A DNA stretch of 64,000 nt from Octopus sinensis (taxonomy: Eukaryota), in NCBI RefSeq assembly GCF_006345805.1, contig NC_043009.1:4464001-4528000 (forward strand). Reading direction: 5' to 3'. Positions 55,040 to 64,000 of this stretch are shown here, one piece after another. Every line of letters starts with the position of its first letter. Positions within the stretch are counted from its first letter, which is position 1. The notes under the pieces are model-generated. The model saw nothing but the letters and a program-made list of their open reading frames with translations, did not search any database and had not been told where the DNA came from. Position numbers and translations under genes: made by a program.

Positions 55040-55195
55040 TTCTCTGATCTTTCGCAATATATGTCTTGACTACGGGCTTTCTTGGGTGGATTGGTTGAAA
55101 CTATTATACACGCTCAAACTTTAGCCACCTCTAATCTTGTTTCCTTTCTTAAGGATCAACAACGCGGTTTCCGCTCAGTTAGAATAACTGAATAA
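55040..55195 (+). pseudogene. Decayed non-LTR (CR1/L2/Jockey-like) reverse transcriptase fragment
   Basis: 55094-55195 translates VETIIHAQTLATSNLVSFLKDQQRGFRSVRITE*, matching the LINE RT QxGFR..RST motif; upstream FRNICL resembles YRPISL. Confidence 0.6.
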
Positions 55196-55754
55196 TCTCC
55201 TACCCCCACCGCGCTGCCTTTCCCTCTCCCATTCTCTCTCTTTCCCACCCTCTCTATCTCTCTCTCTCTCTCCCACCCTCTCTTCTCATTTTGTGTCCTT
55301 TTTGTAGTTTCACGCCAATATTTCTGACTTCATCCATATAATTACTACCCACCGCATACACATACAAATATGAATAAAATATAGATAAATATATTTACAA
55401 TATATATATTATATAATATGCATTATATGCTATATATATATAATGTTATATGTATTAAATATATATTATATAATACGTATTCTATATTATATATATATGA
55501 AAGAGTAAGTCTCTACATTGTCAATCGATGTAATAAATGTTGCCAACTTTACCTCAATAGCACAATATCTTCTATATAAATAAGGGCTTATGCATATTGA
55601 ATTATGTAGTCAACTAATAGAGTCTGAAAATAAGCGACATGGGATGGGCATGCTTGGAAAGCTTTTCGTACTGCGTCTCTTCAACAATAATAAAGAAATA
55701 GCAATAATAAACAAATTCTATCTGATTGAAGCACGTTTTATAATCTATTTTACA

Positions 55755-56040
55755 GTTTTCTTTTCTCATTCCTTTCTGTCGAAGAGCGTAGGTTCGAAAC
55801 GTCAAAGACTTTGCCATTTTCCTGAGTGCCAAACCAATTACACGTTGTTTGTTGTTCTCTTATTTCTCCCTATCTTTTTTGTGCTTTTTACGTTTGAGCT
55901 AGATATATGATGTATGTATGTATGTATGTATGTATGTATGTATGTATGTATCTATTTATGTATGTATGTACGTATCGATGTACATATGAGTGTATGTCCT
56001 ACTGCGTTCTGCTAAATAAGTTACATGGTGTATATTTGTT
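55755..56040 (+). mobile_element. Repeat family E (subfamily 2) composite: hammerhead-like motif, unique segment, (TGTA)n, unique segment
   Basis: Colinear with the reverse complement of 60075-60540, including cctactgcgttctgctaaataagttacat beyond the microsatellite. Confidence 0.8.
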
Positions 56041-56957
56041 CGTTTCCTACACGCAATTGTACTACAACATCCATTCATGTTTTAGCTCTTTTGTAGTTAT
56101 ACCATCTACCACCTTTGTCTACAACAAACAATATTACAGTTACCACCAACACTAGCATTGCCATCAGTACTACCACCGCAACAGCACAAATGTATCTATG
56201 CAACATGAGCACTTCCAGTACCAACACTGCAATAATAGGTACCATCACTCCCATTTCAAGTCCCAACACCACCGCTGTTAACCTATCAACACACCACTGT
56301 TACAAATCAAATCTACTCTGTTCGGCTGTTCCTAATATTAATGTTACTTATCTGTATCCTATTCGCCAAATCGTTTCCTATACATTTTGGTCAATAAATC
56401 CTAGTTGCACTTCTTTATTTCCTTCCAGTCCACTTCTATTCATTGTGTGGTACTTCTTTCCATAGTTCTCTTTGCCAGCAACGACCGACCTCAAAAATGT
56501 TAGACACGTTGATAATATCGACCGTATAAAACGAAACTTGAATAGAAGTTTTAGGGGTCATGGAAAACATATAGACACTTGTCTCCTTACAGTTTGCACC
56601 TACATGATTAATTAGATAATTTGAATGATTTATATGGAGAATGAAATCGGGGTAATGATAGGATACAGTATGTAGAAATATATACGCATGTACACATACT
56701 TTTTTTATGTCTGGCAAACTTCAATTTTATCCATCCATTCATCCACCCTTCCACTTACATCACGTATTTAACGCATTCTACATACCGTTTCATATTATGC
56801 CATATTATATCACATTCTTGGATTCAATATGGCTGATTCACACGTGTGGATGCGCATGTCAGTGTGTAAGCTTTAGAGTACAAGTTCAGAGCCATATAAC
56901 GTACACACTTATACTTAGAGGCAAATATGTATGCTTACATACATGTAGATAGATTTT

Positions 56958-57026
<69 letters not shown>

Positions 57027-57054
57027 ATATCTATCTATCTATCTATCTATCTAT

Positions 57055-57098
<44 letters not shown>

Positions 57099-57122
57099 TA
57101 TATATAATATATATAAATATAT

Positions 57123-57198
<76 letters not shown>

Positions 57199-57201
57199 TA
57201 T

Positions 57202-57261
<60 letters not shown>

Positions 57262-57267
57262 ATATAA

Positions 57268-57540
57268 TATAGTAGGTCCCGGTTGATTCGGGTTAACCAC
57301 AGTAAATAAGGTACTCATACATAGCAGAGTAAAATTAATTTATTATATAGAAGGAGCTTCTACATGACTAGAACTGTTTCATTCAAGAGAAATCTTCAGG
57401 AAGCTAGTTAACAAGATTGTATTGGCATTTTACATTTAGGCAGTTTAAAAGGTTGTTGGTGGGGACTTTGTTGGGGGTAGGCATAGCGCAAAAATCATAC
57501 TTGGGATTGGTCAAGGATTCAGTGTTAAATTAGATAGGAG
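57268..57540 (-). mobile_element. Probable Penelope-like element (PLE) terminal remnant embedded between (TA)n and an A-rich tract
   Basis: Contains a type I hammerhead motif; PLE termini are known to carry such motifs. Family assignment is inference. Confidence 0.5.
57355..57405 (-). ncRNA. Type I hammerhead ribozyme candidate
   Basis: AGCUUC-CUGAAGA-UUUCUCUUGAAU-GAAA-CA-GUUCUAGUCA-UGUA/GAAGCU: 6-bp stem I, intact core, 3-bp stem III, GUA cleavage triplet. Confidence 0.7.
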
Positions 57541-57724
57541 AATAAATAAAAAATAAAAAAACTAAAAATAAAAAATAAAAAATAAAAATAAAAATATAAA
57601 ATATAAAAATAAAAATAAAAATAAAAAATAAAAAATAGAAATAAAAAAATATAAAAAATATGTAAAAAAAATAAAAAAATAAAAATAAAAAATAAAAATA
57701 AAAAAAAAAATTAAAAATAATAAT

Positions 57725-57730
<6 letters not shown>
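57541..57730. repeat. Degenerate (AAAAAT)n A-rich tract
   Basis: Direct reading. Confidence 0.9.
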
Positions 57731-57769
<39 letters not shown>

Positions 57770-57829
57770 ATATATATATGTATAAAGGGGGGGAATAGAG
57801 TTTTAGGTAAATAAGGAGATTCTCACTTA

Positions 57830-58205
57830 TGCCTCTACACATACACACATATATATACAATCACACATACATATACATATCTACACATACCATATATATG
57901 TATACATACACACACTCACTTGCATACACGTATACACACATGTATATATACACACACGACCACACATACATATACACACAGAAACATATATATATACACA
58001 TACACACACATCTACTCACATAACACGCATACACACACAATCCATACACACACATGCACACACAGCACACTAGTCCTATATACATATATACACATACACA
58101 CATATATATACACCCACACATACACATACATACACATAATATACATACATACACATACATATACACATATATATACATACACACATATATATATATATAT
58201 ATTAT

Positions 58206-58301
<96 letters not shown>

Positions 58302-59119
58302 TATTATATATATATAATATATCTGTGTATGTATGTATGTGTGTGCGTGAGAGAGAGAGAGAGTTTGTTTCGTGCGTGGGTCTGTATGAAAATTAAGTTT
58401 CATATAAGTGCGCTAATTAACTATTAACCTGCTTTCTGGAAATATCTACAGATTTTCATGAAGCGTAGGGGAAAAAATAACATTTATTTCTTCTACTTTC
58501 ATTTTCACTGGATAGTTTGTTTTTTTAATATCTTCAACTTCCCCTACATTACGAGTATCGCAGCTTGTTTTCCTCTTTCGTTGTCACGGTGATGGGTTAA
58601 GATTCCATTAAATTAAGTCTCATACGTTTTTGGATATAATATGTGCAAAAGGTATAAGATACACATTAATTGAAATTAATACGAAGATTTTATTAACTTA
58701 ATTAAAGGAATTAATTTTTTTTCAAAGTAACATATTGGTGTCACACAGGATGAGAGAAAATGGATTTCGATTATTTTTATTTATTTCTATATTTTCTTAC
58801 CATTTGATGGTTTGGTTCCGTTGTTATTTTTTTTCTTTTTCTTAATTTATTTTTCGTTTTGCTAAGTGACATGATGAAAAGGAACCATTTCCTAAGTGCG
58901 AACATATAAATATAAACATATGTGTATAATAGACACACACACACATACACACACATATATATATATGCATATGTATGTTATTTTATATATATGTATATAT
59001 ATATATATATATATCTATATTATTATATATATATATATATTATATATATTGCATATATTATACATATGTATACATACATATATATATATATGTATACATA
59101 TATACACATATATACATAT

Positions 59120-59169
<50 letters not shown>

Positions 59170-59300
59170 ATATTATATATATCTCCATATATATATATAT
59201 CCATATATATATATATATATATATCCATATATATATATATATATATCCATATATACATACATACACCACCACACACAAACAGACACACACGCACATATAT
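57830..59300. repeat. Two large CA/TA-rich microsatellite fields (57830-58340, 58930-59300)
   Basis: Direct reading. Confidence 0.9.
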
Positions 59301-60074
59301 CTTTATATGCGAAGATGTATGTATGGGATGTATGAATATATGAGTATTTAGATGCTTCTATGTGTGAAGACGTATATATTCTGTGTGTTTGTGTGTGTGT
59401 GTATGTATGTGTGTGTTGTGTGAATAGAGAATATTTCTGTGACAAGCTGTATCGATGAGAGGACACCGAGTTCAATATTTTACATTAAACGTCTATTCTT
59501 TCCTTATTAGTAACTTGTATGTAATTTAGATTATTCAAATTCGTAAAACCATAAACATTTCATGATATTTTCGGTTTAGTCTCTTACATAAAATTTTGAG
59601 TGTTGCGGCCATGCTTGAGCACCGCCGTTAGCTTCTTGAGACGTCCTCTGATAGGCAGCATTTGGTAAATGAGGGGCTTTGACGCTGCTACCTTCATCTG
59701 TATGTTTGCCATGTTGTAGGCTCTTGACTCGAGGAGATCAAGTTGTGTTTTGAAGACACTACATCCACCACAGTATTTGGAGTTTTTAACTGCACTTTCC
59801 ATTAACTCATACATGATCATTTGCCAGATTTGAAAGGACACAGTTTATTTCGTGTGGAATGCATCATTCAAAAAAGTTTTTGCTTCGTATTTTGATATGA
59901 ATATAGCTTCCATTTTTGGCTAACTATTATTTTTTTTCAGTATTGTATCAAAGGGTAATATTATCAGTTATTGTTTTCTAATTTTGGTTCATATACTGTA
60001 CTGCAATGCCATCAATGTTGCAAAGTATAGAAAATAGTATATGAATCAATGTACTCTAGTTACAAAAAGATGTA

Positions 60075-60540
60075 TACGCAATGTAACTTATTTAGCAGAA
60101 CGCAGTAGGGCGTACAGTCATACATACATGCATACATACATGCATGCATACATATATACATACATACATACATATATACATACATACATACATACATGCA
60201 TGCATGCATGCATACATACATACATACATATATACATACATACATACATATATACATACATACATACATGCATGCATACATACATACATACATACATACA
60301 TACATACATACATACATACATACATACATACATACATGCATACATACATGCATGCATACATACATACATACATACATACATACATACTACATACATACAT
60401 ACATATGGCTCAAAAGTAAAAAGCACAAAATGATAGGAGAACAATAAACAACGTGTAATTGGTTTGACGCTCAAGAAAAAGTCAAAGTCTTTGACGTTTC
60501 GAACCTATGCTCTTCGACAGAAAGGAATGAGAAAAGAAAA
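60075..60540 (-). mobile_element. Repeat family E (subfamily 2) composite, inverted relative to 55755
   Basis: Hammerhead-like motif at 60489-60524 (cttt-CTGTCGA-a-gagcataggttc-GAAA-c-GTC-aaag); expanded internal (TACA/TGCA)n at 60119-60405. Confidence 0.8.
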
Positions 60541-61304
60541 CTGTGGAAGAGCCAAAAGAAAAAGAAAATCTGCTTGGATCAGTAGAATGATTCATGCATT
60601 ATATACACCTTAAAATAAGCACGTACGAAGATACGATACAACAAAAAATAATGGAGTCATATGCAGTGACAGATACATATAAGGGTATATTAAATTTTGC
60701 TTTTATGAAATATATTTCGTTTTCATGTTCAATTAGATCACATTGTTGGTGGTTTTAGAACCGTCATATGTTTTATATTTACTTTGTGTTAGTAGCAGTA
60801 TCCACACTGCCGATTCTAAACACGGATGCTTTCCCGTTCTAAAAGTTACCTCAGCTGGATCGTTTGTACATCATCGTTTCGTTTGATAAATTTTGCTAAT
60901 TTTCATTATTTTCCTTAGAGCTATTGCCATAATTTGGGATTTGATGTCTAGTAGTGGGAGATTATCGATTTCAATAAACTCTAATGATTTTAGAATTCTA
61001 ATTGAAGGGCAGTGTTTGAAAGTTCTTCAATGGAGGAAAGGAATGCAGAAAAGAATTGAATGAAATTATAGTTCGGAAAATTTTCTAAGACTTGAGGGCC
61101 AGCATCTACAAAGAAACATTCGTGTAATTGTAAGAAATTTTAAGGCTTCAATTCTTTATAATCTGCAAATAGGTTGTTCTATTTCCTATCAGATCGTCAA
61201 CATTTGAGTAATAATCAGCAACAGAATCTATTCACATGTTAACTTGTGACAGACTGGTAGAGTCTCGAAGAATATACTCTCCTCCTGATGACATTTTCGC
61301 AGTA

Positions 61305-62176
61305 GTTGGAATTCTTCACAGAGTGACAGGGAGCGTCGTCCTGGAAGAAGATAGGTGGTTAACCTGACGAGGGTTGGAGATGTGGAAGGGCATGCTGTCT
61401 AAGAACCTGCTTGTATATTCCAACATTGGCAGTTTCTTGTAGGCAACTAAGTGGACCAGGACCAGCAGCAGAGATCCACCCCCATACCATTTCACTGCTT
61501 CCTCTATATTTCACTGTCTTTTTCACACATACATTTCGCCATTTCTTCATCGGATGTTCATCCCACCATTGGAAACGATCACATTAAACTTCGATTCATC
61601 GCGAAAATGAAATTGTGACCACTGTTCTTCTGTCCAAACGACTTGTCTTTGATTCTTCTTGAAGATCAGATGTTTCATTGCTGATTCTGGAGCAAGCAAC
61701 CCAGAACCGTGTAACCTCCGAGAAACTGTTTTGCGCAATACTATGATATCGGAAGTGGAGCTAACTTGGCTGGATACCTCAGCAGCACTCTTAAACCTCT
61801 CCTTCAATGACATTCTAACCATAATACGATCCTGTCTTTATGAAGTTTTACGAGGTCTACCGGTTTTGGATTTAGCATCTGTCGATCCTGATAAATTAAA
61901 AAGGATTTGCAATTCGTTGCACAACACTTCTAGACCTTCCTACAGTATTTGTTATCACAGAATTTGACTTACCCTCTTGGAGAAGACACACAATCTTTTG
62001 TTTTTCATCACAGGACACCGGTCGTTTCTCACAAGCCGCCATGTTGACAGCTGGGCGTTCCAATAATGTGAGATTATAAGACATAACTGTTAGCCTGTTA
62101 ACAGTCTTCTAAATATCAAACACCTCGGCTAGTAATTCATTTTTCTTCTAAGTGACCCTAAACTTTTGGCCGCTGC
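61305..62176 (-). pseudogene. Tc1-family DNA transposon remnant: frameshifted, 3'-truncated transposase with one TIR
   Basis: HTH-like N-terminus (EKQKIVCLLQEGKS..VGRSRSVVQRI), RKTVSRRLH, VVWTEEQWSQFHFRDESKF (first D), SEMVWGWISAAGPGPL, FFQDDAPCHSVK (second D); no SPDLNPIE; TIR-like cagcggccaaaagtttagggtcac reading from 62175 on the minus strand. Confidence 0.92.
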
Positions 62177-62713
62177 AATTTGGGAGATTATTTATTTCCT
62201 CGCAACTTAGGAAATTTTTATTCCATTCACTTGGCATTTTCACGAACGATAGATACTCGGTATATCTAAATATGACTAAAATACTAAGTCTCAACGTGTC
62301 GTTAATATTCTATAATAACTATTTCAATACACTTGTTCTTACTGACCCTTATATTATGGCTGCTACTGTATAAAACCGTCAGAACTACTTCTTTACCTCC
62401 TTTAGTTGAAAACATTAAAGACGCCCTGGTTTAAATCTGATACCGCACTTGTTATTCTTAATAGTTTAAATCCTTCAGAGAGAATTATAAAACATCATAA
62501 AAAAAAAAAGAAAAAGAATCGTCTTATTGATATATTTCAAAGCATTTCAGTTTTGAAACGATACTTGTTCTGTTTTTGCAGGCACCATTACTGCACGTTA
62601 GGTGTAATATGAAGCTTTTTATTGAAAATGTAGCATTTACAGCTTTTACAGGCTATTTCATGCTAAAATTCCCTCAAGCACGACCGAAACTGGGTCAAAA
62701 ATTTATATATATA

Positions 62714-62757
<44 letters not shown>

Positions 62758-62972
62758 TTAAAGAACAATGATTGAAGGATTTTGATAGATTCAATCGTGT
62801 ATTTTCAAAGTTCAAAATTTTTCTATTACATCTTCAAAGAAGGCTCGAAGGCTTTTTTGTATCTTCCTACACATTTTTTTTTTACCTCAGTTCTTTATCT
62901 TGAACTCATTAAAACCACTCTGAGCTTTACACCCTTGCAGAAATGCACAATATTTCTGCTTCGATACAATAC

Positions 62973-63030
<58 letters not shown>

Positions 63031-63295
63031 GGAAAAAGAAAAAAAATTATAGATGAGGTAAAAACACATTTCAATACAAAAGCATTGTGACTAAATCGAC
63101 AATTGTTAAACTGTGTGGCAGCATTTACTTTTTACTAAATGTTTCCCGAAAATTGCACTTTACACTTTACCACACTCGTATACTCTTATGTTTAACAGAA
63201 CGGAATAAAATCAAATAAATTTGTATCTGATTTTTTTCTCTAGTATTCCCTTTCCTCCGGTTCAATACAATGCACTTTACAATGCGTTCTTTATT

Positions 63296-63361
<66 letters not shown>

Positions 63362-64000
63362 GTATATATTCGATATCTTCTTATTTTCATTCAAATTCTC
63401 TAGCAGAAGCATTCCACAAATAACTCAATTTCGATTTCGTTTTTTCTACTTTTTTTATATCCCAAAGCTATAGCAGCAAATTCCTCTGCAGTAAATATTA
63501 GTTACCAAATGGTCCCTTCGTGTGTAATGAACATTTCTTTTGGAGTATATATTGAAAACAGTCCCTGGGTTTTAATATTTCCTGACAATAAAATTGCCAT
63601 AACATTAGTGCGTAACTTTCTTACACAAGTACAAGTCGTTTGTATATTACACCGCTAATATAAATAATAAAATAAGATGTAATAAAAGAGAGAAAATGAT
63701 AAAACCCTCCCTATTTCACTTGCGTACACCTGCTGCCTTCAGCAATGCGTAATCATATATTTTGATCATTGCAGCTTATTTCGTATTTTCTACAACTGAC
63801 GTAAGTTCCTCAGATGTTCTGTCTCATATTTTCATAGGAAAGTGTAATGTTTTGGCAGACATCTTTGTAAAGACAGTCAGTGGCCTAAATAAAGGACTGA
63901 AACTATAAACTTGACAGGTGCAAATGTAACATTCGATCAAAGCTGTTCATTACATATTATATATACAAAAAACTTATAGTTTTAATTATGAGTAATATAG

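Noticed and set aside
59584-59841. 85-aa minus-strand ORF with ordinary composition
   Set aside because: No acceptor or donor, no recognisable family, and the 3' part overlaps a SINE-tail motif.

Overview
AT-rich eukaryotic non-coding DNA (intron-like or intergenic), extremely dense in microsatellites (TA, CA, TACA, AGAT, AAT, CAT, TAC). The repeat make-up points to a coleoid cephalopod, most likely Octopus (inference, no database search). No protein-coding host gene can be confidently recognised; nearly all ORF-track entries are microsatellite translations. The window holds more than 30 copies or fragments of four tRNA-derived SINE groups (my labels A-D), a decayed Tc1 transposase, a second small Tc1-like fragment, a mariner-type MITE and a short LINE reverse-transcriptase remnant. 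The most interesting unexplained signals are: (1) hammerhead-ribozyme-like motifs, including a well-formed type I motif at 57355-57405 and a four-copy family with a variant CUGUNGA core; (2) a ~209-bp spacerless near-perfect palindrome at 26975-27183; (3) an irregular array of ~20 conserved cores with variable spacers at 45361-46180; (4) modular head/tail swapping, dimers and inverted pairs among SINEs; (5) a weak, phase-compatible set of minus-strand candidate exons. All alignments and folds were done by eye, and coordinates of decayed elements are approximate.
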